The notes under the pieces: model-generated
Database searches by the model: none
Seen by the model: the letters and a program-made list of their open reading frames with translations, nothing else
Told to the model about the DNA's origin: nothing
Part shown: positions 15,998-23,881 of the stretch, piece after piece
How the letters are laid out: the number at the start of each line of letters is the position of its first letter
Position numbering within the stretch: the stretch's first letter is position 1
Assembly: GCF_052055875.1 (NCBI RefSeq)
Contig: NZ_CP170508.1
Span: 1,300,177 to 1,332,176, forward strand
DNA from: Methanosphaerula subterraneus
GTDB lineage: Archaea > Halobacteriota > Methanomicrobia > Methanomicrobiales > Methanospirillaceae
Length of the DNA: 32,000 bases
Direction: 5' to 3'
Position numbers and translations under genes: made by a program

Positions 15998-18514
15998 TCA
16001 GAGCACCGAATAGATCGCAAACCCGGCCTCCTCCAGGAACCGTGGGATCGTGCGAATGGCGTCCCGGTCCTTCTCCTTAACATCGTCCGAGAGAGATCCC
16101 CAGGGAATGAGGTCGGGATGCACCCTCTCTTCATTGTCAAGCACCTCTCCTCTGACCCAGCCATTCCGCTTCATCTCCTCCATCCAGCGGCCGTGCTCTT
16201 TTTGGGCGAGCAATTCCACCTGAAGATCGGAGAATGCCATCACCACCCGGTCGACGCCCATGGCCTTCGGCATGATCCCGCAGTTCACCACCCGCAGTTT
16301 CTGCCGAATCTCCCGCGCCTGATCACGGGTGGACTCCCTGAACTCCTCCGGAAGCGTCTCCCACGGTAACGCCATCGGCGGTAGTTGACCTGCGGTGCCC
16401 GGCGTCACGTTGGCCAGATACTCCGCGTGGATGGCCAGGGCCATCGGTTCCACCATGCGCTCGAAGAGGATGTCCTGCAGCATCAGCAGCCTGAAGAGAG
16501 CCGCGTCCACATGGAGTGCGAGTTGCTCTATCGGCGGGATCGATGCAGGATCGAAGATCTTCTTATCGGTGAGGGTGCTCATCTCCACAATCGCCTGCAT
16601 CGACCGCACACCGTGGCGATAGGCGGGAACCTTCAGAAACGCCCGGAGAACTCCAGAGTCGATCGGGACCATCCCGGACGCGGTGACAAGGTGTTTCGCC
16701 GTCCGTTCGATGATCGAGCGGAGAAGGAGGGCCCGGCGCACAAGATACCGACCTTCGTCATCCGGACCGGGGTTACAGCCCCGGATGTCGATCCGCCCCC
16801 GAAGCCGGCTGATGAAATCGGGTACCTTCGCATTCTTCAGCGCGGGGCCATCCTGGACACCACCCCCCTTCGCGAACTCATCGAATGAGACGCTCGTTCC
16901 GCCGGCGAAGACGAAGACCGCCCGGCCGATCGGGTGCGACGACTCGCCGTCCTTGAAGACCCCGTCCTGCATCGGGGCGAGGAAGAACCGGAGCCATCCG
17001 AGTGGGTGGTCCCCGAACCGGGCGTCGAACTCGTCGAAGAAGACAAGGGGGATCTTCCCTTCGAGGGCCGCGTCCCGGATGAGGTGAAATGCGCCGACGA
17101 GGTCACGCGTGGACTCGAACTGCGACAGGTTGAAGGTCATGGGCTCGATCTGCTCGGGGGCCATCCCCTTCGAGAGCTCGCTGACCCCAAACGACTTGCC
17201 CGAGCCCGGGGGCCCGAAGACGGCGAACGAGAGCGGTCGACGGATCTGCGTGTTACTGATGTACTCCGCCAGAAGGTTGCGGATGCTCTGGTAACTTTCG
17301 ATCTCGTCCCGGTCGACGACGACCAGGTTATTGAACCGTGCGATCGGAACGGGATTCTGCAGCGCCCCCACGCCTTCCCGCACAATCCGACGGGCAATCT
17401 CCTCGAACTGGGTCCGTTCGAGGTGATGGAGGATGGTCCAGTGGGGATCGTCTTCGAGGGCCTGGAGATCGTCGAAGTCGACACGTTCGATCAGGCCGTC
17501 CTCGGGGACCGACGGCGTGAAGAGTTCGGGGCCGGGATAGGCAGGGGCGCCGGGGTCCGTCCCGTACCCGAGGCGGAAGAGGCGGCGGGAGGCGATGATC
17601 CCCTCCCTGACACCGTCTATTGTCCCGGCCTCACCGTCGCAGGCGAGGCGGCGGGTGAGTGCCGCGACGAAGGCCGGGGTCAGCCCCTGCATATCACCGG
17701 GGTACTGGTACTGGTCCTTATAGGCATCCTCGTACCCCTGGGGATCGAACAGGAACGTTGCAACCGAGCCTTCGCCGGTGCGCCGGAGGACGAGGGCGCC
17801 GTCGATTCCGATCCGGATGACCAGGGTCGAAACCGCGGTCAGCGGGCGGAGGGCAGGGTTGTAGGCGATCTGCCAGGCGAGGTCGGTAACGGTCCGCTCC
17901 CACGAGAGCCGGCGGCTGATGTTCGCCCCGAGGGTCCGGAGGTCGTTGGCCGAGATGACGACGACCAGGCGATCAGCGTGGTCTTTGAGGAGGCGATCCC
18001 AGAGTCCGCCTCTGGCGAGCGGATGGCTCATCTTCAGGACGACGAGAGGGCGGGACTCCGGGTTCTTGATGGCCGAGGGCCAGGCTGTATCGTTATCGCG
18101 GAACCCGTTGCCGGCGTCGTCAAGGACAACGATCGTCGCGTCCGCAGGATCGTCATCGAGTGTTGAGACGGCGCCGGCCCCGTCGGCCGGGCCCGAGTAG
18201 CCGAGATACTGGCGGACGCGGAGTACCGTGCTCTCTTTGTTGCCCTTGTCGGTCCCAATCCGGGCGAGGGAGTGGAGGACGGTGTCGGAGGCAGAACCCT
18301 TCAGATCATCAAAGTTGTAGGTGTGCACCGGGTAATCGACCGCGTCGACGAGCATATGGGCGACGAGCAGGGCGCCGCCAGCGTACTGGTGCCAGCGGTA
18401 ACCGGGGTACTTGCGCCAGTTCCGGGGGTCGTCCTCCTTGAGGGGACAGTCGACCTGCAGCCAGTCGAGGGCGATATCACCGGCGACGACGATCTTCGGG
18501 GATTTCTTGTTCAT
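15998..18514 (-). CDS. Large cytoplasmic fusion protein: ribokinase/pfkB-like N-domain, AAA+ ATPase, two C-terminal RyR-domain repeats; function unknown
   Basis: 838-aa ORF with normal amino-acid composition, whereas the overlapping frames are Arg/Pro/Gly junk. Motifs are listed in the three sub-features below. No signal peptide or TM segment. Confidence 0.9.
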   Translation of the reverse strand: MNKKSPKIVVAGDIALDWLQVDCPLKEDDPRNWRKYPGYRWHQYAGGALLVAHMLVDAVDYPVHTYNFDDLKGSASDTVLHSLARIGTDKGNKESTVLRVRQYLGYSGPADGAGAVSTLDDDPADATIVVLDDAGNGFRDNDTAWPSAIKNPESRPLVVLKMSHPLARGGLWDRLLKDHADRLVVVISANDLRTLGANISRRLSWERTVTDLAWQIAYNPALRPLTAVSTLVIRIGIDGALVLRRTGEGSVATFLFDPQGYEDAYKDQYQYPGDMQGLTPAFVAALTRRLACDGEAGTIDGVREGIIASRRLFRLGYGTDPGAPAYPGPELFTPSVPEDGLIERVDFDDLQALEDDPHWTILHHLERTQFEEIARRIVREGVGALQNPVPIARFNNLVVVDRDEIESYQSIRNLLAEYISNTQIRRPLSFAVFGPPGSGKSFGVSELSKGMAPEQIEPMTFNLSQFESTRDLVGAFHLIRDAALEGKIPLVFFDEFDARFGDHPLGWLRFFLAPMQDGVFKDGESSHPIGRAVFVFAGGTSVSFDEFAKGGGVQDGPALKNAKVPDFISRLRGRIDIRGCNPGPDDEGRYLVRRALLLRSIIERTAKHLVTASGMVPIDSGVLRAFLKVPAYRHGVRSMQAIVEMSTLTDKKIFDPASIPPIEQLALHVDAALFRLLMLQDILFERMVEPMALAIHAEYLANVTPGTAGQLPPMALPWETLPEEFRESTRDQAREIRQKLRVVNCGIMPKAMGVDRVVMAFSDLQVELLAQKEHGRWMEEMKRNGWVRGEVLDNEERVHPDLIPWGSLSDDVKEKDRDAIRTIPRFLEEAGFAIYSVL
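16010..16453 (-). other. Tandem RyR (ryanodine-receptor-type) domain repeats (aa ~688-748 and ~764-835)
   Basis: Repeat 2 is ELLAQKEHGRWMEEMKRNGWVRGEVLDNEERVHPDLIPWGSLSDDVKEKDRDAIRTIPRFLEEAGFAIY. It fits the RyR consensus lA..He.W.....GW.yG......hP.L.p...L....Ke.DR..vr.....l...G..i. Repeat 1 (MALAIHAEYL...LPWETLPEEFRESTRDQAREIRQKL) is a more divergent copy. Confidence 0.75.
16715..17332 (-). other. AAA+ ATPase module (aa ~395-600)
   Basis: Walker A FGPPGSGKSF (17192..17215), Walker B IPLVFFDEFDA (17024..17047), sensor-1-like VFVFAGGTS, and the arginine-bearing segment PDFISRLRGRIDI. Confidence 0.85.
17525..18514 (-). other. Ribokinase/pfkB-like domain, probably degenerate (aa 1-~330)
   Basis: The KIVVAGDIALDWL opening, YAGGALLVAH (GG motif region) and VVLDDAGNGF are present. 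Where pfkB kinases have DTxGAGDxF, the sequence reads YPGDMQGLTPAFVAAL. This assignment is by eye only. Confidence 0.4.
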
Positions 18515-18688
18515 GGTCCTGTGCTCCGTGGGTATGAGTGTCTGTTGAGAGGGAAAGGTGTGTTGTAGAGAGTGGTGGTCGTCAGCAGATCAGCCGATCT
18601 CCGCACCGTGACCTCGCACCCGCCGATCCCGCCTGACGTGTCCCAGGGGATACAAAACGTTGATTGGGACCATCGGCCTGAAGCAGAG

Positions 18689-18700
18689 CATTATTATCCA
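18689..18700 (+). promoter_or_regulatory. TATA-like box upstream of the histidine kinase gene
   Basis: cattattatcca is the only AT-rich patch in the 18515..18730 region. It favours a start at ATG 18731 (leaderless) or at 18704. Confidence 0.35.
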
Positions 18701-18703
18701 TTT

Positions 18704-21520
18704 ATGCCCGAATCTAGAAGGATCATATCCATGGTGAACCCCCGCCCGTCCAGGTCCCCGACGACGAACTTCGATCGGCAAAAGGTCATCAGTCTGCTTA
18801 TCGCTCCGTCATACCTCGTCATCATCGCGGCCCTCTTCCTCCTGAACAGTACGGCTACCTTTGCCGAGCCCATTCTCCTCCTGCTCCTGAACTCGATCTT
18901 CCTCGGCCTGATCCCCCTGTACGTCGCATATGTCTCGTCCATATCGTTTCGGCGCAGCGGCCTCATCAGCGTCCTGATGATGGGCGCCGGCATGCTCTTG
19001 CTGGGTCTGGGGGGGATCACTACCGGGCTGGCCGGACTGCTGCCGCATTCAGCCAATATCAGCATCACCGTCTTCAACCTCAACGTCTGTATCGGTGCTT
19101 TTCTCCAGTTCGCTGGCGCCCTGACTGCGCTGGTCGGCTGGAATTTCGGGCCGGGCCGGCGTCGCACGGTGCTGGCTGTTACAGTGTACGGCGTGGTCAT
19201 CGCCGGGTCCGCCGGACTCGAACTCGCCGCCCTCCTGGGGCTGACCCCGACCTTCTTCATTCCAGGCTCCGGCTCGACGGTCGTACGCGACGTCGTCCTC
19301 GCAGGCGCGATCGAATTCCTCCTGCTCGCGTCAGGGCTGTTCTTTGTACTGCACCGGAAGCGGGACGAGGACTTCTTCTTCTGGTATTCCATCGGCATGG
19401 CGATGATCGGGCTCGGACTCCTCGCCGCGAACATCGTCGTGGTCTTTGACGGCCCGCTCAACTGGGCTGCGCGGGTCGGGGAGTACATCGGAGCCTGCTT
19501 CATTCTCATGGCGTTCCTGGCGCTCCAGCGCCGGGCGTCGACCGGGAATGTCTCTGACCAGGAGATGCTCGCCAGGTTCTTCACCGAGGCTGAAGCCAGG
19601 TACCGACAGCTGGTCCAGACAGCCGCCGACGCCATCGTCGTCCTCGATCCTGCGTTCCGGGTTGTCCTCTGGAATGCTGGTGCTGAGCGCCTGTACGGGT
19701 ATACGTCACACGAAATGAAGGGCACCTCAATATCCATTCTCATCCCACCCACGCAGAAGGAAGAGACATTCCTGCTGCTGGAAAAGATCCGGCAGGGGGA
19801 GATTGTCGAGCGTTTTGAGACCGAACGGATAACAAAAGACGGTACATGCCTGCAGGTCTCCCTTTCGCTCTCTCCAATCCTGAGCAACGCCGGAGAGATC
19901 ATCGGGGTATCGGACATTGCCCACGACATCACCGAGCGTCAGCGGTTCCAGAATGAAATCCTGAAGGCGAAGGACCGGTGGGAACTCACGTTCGACGCGG
20001 TTCCCGATATGATCGCCATCATCGACGACCATTTCCGGGTCGTCCAGGTGAACTCGGCGATGGCCGACTGCCTTGGTGTTTCACCCGAAGAAGCAGTGGG
20101 GCTGACCTGCTATGAAGTTGTTCATCACTCCAGCAACCCCCCTCCCATCTGTCCGCACCAGAGACTCCTCCAGGACCACCAGAGTCATTCAGCGGATATC
20201 CATGAGGATACTCTAAACGGGGACTTCTTCCTGACCGTATCCCCAATTCAGGACTCCGCCGGGAAAGTGCTTGGAAGTGTCCATATCCTCCGGGATGTCA
20301 CCGAGCGGAAGCGCGCTGAACTGACTCTAATCCGTTCAAACGAGGAACTCAACGCACTCAATGAGGAACTCACTGCCACCCAGGAGGAGATGATGATGAA
20401 GAACGAGGAACTCCTGACCGTCGAAAATATGCTCCGTGAGAGCGAGGCACGCCTCGCCCTCGCCCTCGACATCTCCAGGATGGGAACCGTAGACTACGAG
20501 ATGGTCAACCGTACCGCATGGTGGTCCCCCCGCCACGACCAGATCTTCGGGTACGAGACTCCCCCTCCCACCTGGAATATGGAGATCTTCATCGACCACG
20601 TTCTTCCAGAAGACCGGGAGATGGTTAGAAAGGCTTTTGGCGATGCTTTCGCAGACCAGAGGGATTGGCACGTTGAGTGCCGGATACGGCGGGCCGACGG
20701 CGAGATCCGATGGATCGAAAAGATTGGTCAGGGAGAGTACAACGATGCCGGCAATCCGATCAGAGTGCTCGGGTTACTGTGGGACATCACCGAGCGAAAA
20801 CAGTTCGAGGCCACCCAGAAGGAGTATGCCGAAAAGATCATCTCAAGCAACGAAGAACTGCAACGGTACGCCTACGTAGCGAGCCATGACCTCCAGGAGC
20901 CGCTGCGATCGATCGTGGGTTTCAGCCAGCTCCTCGATCGCAAATACCGGGGCCGGCTCGACGCGGACGCCGACGAGTACATCCGGTTCATTGTCGAGGG
21001 CGGCGTGCGGATGCAGAATCTGATCAAAGACCTGCTCCAGGTCTCCCGGATCGAAACACAGGCACAGCCGCTCGTCCCGACCAACGCGGGCACGGCGGTC
21101 GCCGATACCATTCGCTCGCTTGAAACCCTGATCCAGGAGACCGGGGCCGTGGTGACGGTCGACCCGCTGCCGATCGTCATGGCCGACCCGTCGCAGCTCA
21201 AGCAGGTCTTTACGAACCTGATCGGGAATGCGATCAAATATCGGCAGCCTGAGGTGCCGGCAGCCGTCCGGATCTCAGCCACCCAACAGGGCGACAGGTG
21301 GGTGTTCGCAGTCAGGGACAATGGGATCGGGATCAGGTCCGAGTTCTTTGATCGGATCTTCGAGATGTTCCGCCGGCTCCATACGATCGACGAGTACGAG
21401 GGAACCGGGATCGGACTTGCGATCGTCAAGAAGATCGTCGAACGGCATGGTGGGCGGATCCGGGTCGAGTCCACGCCCGGCGAAGGGAGCACGTTCTTCT
21501 TCACCCTGTACGCGGCCTGA
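18704..21520 (+). CDS. Membrane sensor histidine kinase: about 8 TM helices, three PAS domains, coiled coil, HisKA, HATPase_c
   Basis: The track ORF opens at GTG 18572, but the first 44 residues look non-coding. ATG 18704 (MPESRR) or ATG 18731 (MVNPRP) are likelier starts. Eight hydrophobic segments lie between ISLLIAPSYLVIIAALF and ACFILMAFLAL. PAS blocks end in DITERQR, DVTERKR and DITERKQ. The H-box is ASHDLQEPLRSI; the N/G boxes are NLIGNAIKY, DNGIGI and GTGIGLAIVKKIVERHGG. Confidence 0.85.
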   Translation: MPESRRIISMVNPRPSRSPTTNFDRQKVISLLIAPSYLVIIAALFLLNSTATFAEPILLLLLNSIFLGLIPLYVAYVSSISFRRSGLISVLMMGAGMLLLGLGGITTGLAGLLPHSANISITVFNLNVCIGAFLQFAGALTALVGWNFGPGRRRTVLAVTVYGVVIAGSAGLELAALLGLTPTFFIPGSGSTVVRDVVLAGAIEFLLLASGLFFVLHRKRDEDFFFWYSIGMAMIGLGLLAANIVVVFDGPLNWAARVGEYIGACFILMAFLALQRRASTGNVSDQEMLARFFTEAEARYRQLVQTAADAIVVLDPAFRVVLWNAGAERLYGYTSHEMKGTSISILIPPTQKEETFLLLEKIRQGEIVERFETERITKDGTCLQVSLSLSPILSNAGEIIGVSDIAHDITERQRFQNEILKAKDRWELTFDAVPDMIAIIDDHFRVVQVNSAMADCLGVSPEEAVGLTCYEVVHHSSNPPPICPHQRLLQDHQSHSADIHEDTLNGDFFLTVSPIQDSAGKVLGSVHILRDVTERKRAELTLIRSNEELNALNEELTATQEEMMMKNEELLTVENMLRESEARLALALDISRMGTVDYEMVNRTAWWSPRHDQIFGYETPPPTWNMEIFIDHVLPEDREMVRKAFGDAFADQRDWHVECRIRRADGEIRWIEKIGQGEYNDAGNPIRVLGLLWDITERKQFEATQKEYAEKIISSNEELQRYAYVASHDLQEPLRSIVGFSQLLDRKYRGRLDADADEYIRFIVEGGVRMQNLIKDLLQVSRIETQAQPLVPTNAGTAVADTIRSLETLIQETGAVVTVDPLPIVMADPSQLKQVFTNLIGNAIKYRQPEVPAAVRISATQQGDRWVFAVRDNGIGIRSEFFDRIFEMFRRLHTIDEYEGTGIGLAIVKKIVERHGGRIRVESTPGEGSTFFFTLYAA

Positions 21521-21585
21521 ACCCCGTTCTGTCTGCTACCCGGCAGAACACTCTTCACCATAATCAGGGACGCCGCCATTGACCC

Positions 21586-21597
21586 AAAAAATTAAAT
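21586..21597 (+). promoter_or_regulatory. TATA-like box upstream of the cupin gene
   Basis: aaaaaattaaat lies about 65 nt upstream of ATG 21662. A gaggg sequence sits 6 nt before that ATG. Confidence 0.35.
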
Positions 21598-21661
21598 GTG
21601 CACGACGCGTCAAAGGGGGATTGCCATATTGTCCCAGGGACAAACGACACGAGGGTATCAT

Positions 21662-22063
21662 ATGAAGAAAGGATTTGTTGCAGATATTGAGAAGGAAACG
21701 AAGAAGAACACGGACTTTCGCCGGGTACTGTACACTGGGAAATTCTCCCAGCTGGTCCTGATGAGCCTCAAGCCGGGTGAGGAGATAGGGGAGGAGGTGC
21801 ATGACGATGTCGACCAGTTCTTCCGATTCGAAGAGGGGGAGGGCGCAGTCGTGATCGACGACGCCGAGCATAAGGTGAAGGACGGGAGCGCAGTGGTCGT
21901 GCCGAGCGGCGCCAAGCACAACGTGCTGAACACCTCCAAGACCGCAGACCTCAAACTCTACACAATCTACTCGCCGCCCGAGCACCAGGACAAGGTCGTG
22001 CGCAAGACCAGGAAAGAAGCCCTCGACAAAGAGGAGCACTTCGACGGAAAGACGACCGAGTAG
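21662..22063 (+). CDS. Small cupin-domain protein
   Basis: I prefer ATG 21662 (MKKGFVADIEKE...), which is preceded by gaggg; the track ORF starts at 21596. Cupin motif 1 is GEEIGEEVHDDVDQFFRFEEGEG and motif 2 is GSAVVVPSGAKHNVLN. Confidence 0.8.
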   Translation: MKKGFVADIEKETKKNTDFRRVLYTGKFSQLVLMSLKPGEEIGEEVHDDVDQFFRFEEGEGAVVIDDAEHKVKDGSAVVVPSGAKHNVLNTSKTADLKLYTIYSPPEHQDKVVRKTRKEALDKEEHFDGKTTE

Positions 22064-22194
22064 GTCGGTTGAGGCGCAAGTCTCATTCGCGGTCTTTGGA
22101 TGCCGCCGGGAACTCGGTGATCGTCTGCAGTGCAGAAGGGACGAGACTTCTGCCGGAAGGATACGGTGGGGATCTGTTCGATCCCGGGTACCTG

Positions 22195-22206
22195 TTTTTC
22201 TTTTTT
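22195..22206 (+). terminator. T5 + T6 runs downstream of the cupin gene
   Basis: cctgtttttcttttttcc at 22191..22208. Confidence 0.4.
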
Positions 22207-22378
22207 CCATTCGTGAAGAGCCGGGCATGAGCGATATGGGTTTTCCCATGCCGGAGGCCGGAGGCTGCCTCCTATCTCCCTGGATTCCAGATACGCTTAT
22301 ATCCCTCCGACTCGTTAGAACCGACAGCGATCCCGCGGTTGGAGAACTTCGGATCGGGCAGGGAGTTGAAGAGACGGT

Positions 22379-23740
22379 ATGGAAGGAGAGAACGGCGCTG
22401 ACGAGATCAACGACTTCGATCTTGTGGTGATCGGGACCGGGGAGGCCGGACCGGCCATGGCCCGCCGGTGCCGGCGTGAAGGCTGGTCGGTGGCCATCAC
22501 CGACGAACGCCCGTACGGCGGAACCTGTGGTCAGAGGGGATGCGTCCCGAAGAAGGTGCTGAACGGTGCGGCCGAGACGGTCGACCGGGCCCGGCGAATG
22601 CGGGGATACGGGATCGGTGGTGAGTGCCATATCGAGTGGGCGGACCTGATCCGGTTCAAACGCGGATTCACCGAGCCGGTTCCGTCGAGGCGAACAGCAG
22701 CCCTTGCAAAGGACGGTATCGTCTGTCTCCACGGCCCGGCGCGATTCACCGGCAGGAACGAACTCCTGGTCGGGGACGATCCTGTCACTGCACGGTTCAT
22801 CGGCATCGCGACCGGTGCGGTCCCCCTGCCCCTCTCCATTCATGGAGAGGAACTGGTGTCGACGAGCGACGACTTTCTTGCGATGGAATCGATGCCCGGA
22901 CAGATCCTCTTCATCGGCGGAGGGCTCATCTCCTTTGAGTTCGGGTTCATCGCTGCAGCCGCCGGAGCCAGCGTGACCATCCTCCACCGGAGCGAGAGAG
23001 TTCTCAAAGGGTTCGACCCGTTCCTGGTGGATCTCCTGGTCGAGTCCTGCCAGGAGCTGGGGATCCGCATCGAGACGGGTGTGCCGGTCTCGACCGTGGA
23101 GCAGGCCGGCGGACACCTCCGCGTACAGAGCGGAGACCGGACCTTCGAGGCCGAGTTGGTCGTGCACGGGGCCGGCAGGGTGCCGAACACCGCCGGTCTC
23201 GACCTTGCTCGCGGAGAGGTCGCGACCGATGCACGGGGTGGGATCGTGGTGAACCCGTTTCTCCAGAGCGTCTCCAATCCGTCGGTGTACATCGCCGGGG
23301 ACGCAAACCCAGGGGGAAAACCCCTGTCCCCGGTGGCGCACCGCGACGGAACGAGTGTGGCTGAAAACATGCTCCATGGAAACACGGTTGCGCCGGACTA
23401 CTCGGCCGTGCCGACCGCGGTCTTTTCCAACCCGGTGCTTGCAATGGTCGGCCTCGGGGAGGATGAGGCGGCCAGACATGGCATTCCGGTCACCATCTAC
23501 CGAGCAGATACACGGGACTGGTACACCACCCGGAGACTCGGGCTCGCCCGGTCTGGATACACAGTACTGACCGACGGCCCGATGGGCAGGATCCTCGGGG
23601 CCCACCTCCTGGGATACAACGCCGATGAGATGATCAACATATTTGCCCTGGCGATTCGGAAACACCTCACCCTCGCCGACCTGCAGGAGATGGACTGGGC
23701 ATATCCAACAGCGATCCAGGATATCAACCGGATCAGGTGA
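22379..23740 (+). CDS. Class-I pyridine-nucleotide-disulfide oxidoreductase (glutathione reductase / dihydrolipoamide dehydrogenase / MerA-like family)
   Basis: 453 aa. It has the FAD fold DLVVIGTGEAGPAMA, the redox-active disulfide GGTCGQRGCVPKK (C-x4-C), a second dinucleotide fold ILFIGGGLISFEFG, YIAGDAN, and a C-terminal dimerisation domain. Confidence 0.85.
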   Translation: MEGENGADEINDFDLVVIGTGEAGPAMARRCRREGWSVAITDERPYGGTCGQRGCVPKKVLNGAAETVDRARRMRGYGIGGECHIEWADLIRFKRGFTEPVPSRRTAALAKDGIVCLHGPARFTGRNELLVGDDPVTARFIGIATGAVPLPLSIHGEELVSTSDDFLAMESMPGQILFIGGGLISFEFGFIAAAAGASVTILHRSERVLKGFDPFLVDLLVESCQELGIRIETGVPVSTVEQAGGHLRVQSGDRTFEAELVVHGAGRVPNTAGLDLARGEVATDARGGIVVNPFLQSVSNPSVYIAGDANPGGKPLSPVAHRDGTSVAENMLHGNTVAPDYSAVPTAVFSNPVLAMVGLGEDEAARHGIPVTIYRADTRDWYTTRRLGLARSGYTVLTDGPMGRILGAHLLGYNADEMINIFALAIRKHLTLADLQEMDWAYPTAIQDINRIR

Positions 23741-23850
23741 TGCCGGCGATGAACGGGGCGTTGTGGCTCGGGGATGTCCACGCAGAACAAGAATTCATGG
23801 AGGCGCACGTCCTCCAGTCCTGAATATCAAGCCTTAAATTAAATCAACAG

Positions 23851-23862
23851 TTATTTTAATTT
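23851..23862 (+). promoter_or_regulatory. TATA-like box for the TPR gene
   Basis: ttattttaattt lies 20-31 nt upstream of ATG 23882, suggesting a leaderless arrangement. Confidence 0.4.
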
Positions 23863-23881
23863 CAGGTGTTTCAGATTCCTC

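Noticed and set aside
16934-18166. 410-aa plus-strand ORF inside the RyR/AAA+ gene, and similar shadows (18694..19932, 10194..11297, 12187..13191, 5918..6865, 5349..6236, 27040..27939, 29260..30057, 30518..31375)
   Set aside because: All overlap, on the opposite strand or in another frame, genes that have strong family motifs. Their translations are dominated by R, G, P, D and E with no hydrophobic periodicity. None has its own AT-rich promoter patch.
21536-23665. 709-aa ORF on the minus strand, the longest 'unannotated' ORF in the track
   Set aside because: It is antisense to two well-supported genes (cupin, and a flavoprotein disulfide reductase with clear FAD/CxxxxC motifs). Its translation is Arg/Pro/Gly/His-rich with no recognisable motif. 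This is the typical shadow ORF of GC-rich coding DNA.
22379-23740. Calling the flavoprotein disulfide reductase a mercuric reductase (merA)
   Set aside because: It shares only the Tyr-for-His feature with MerA. It lacks the C-terminal Cys-Cys pair and the N-terminal metal-binding domain, and no mer operon genes are adjacent.
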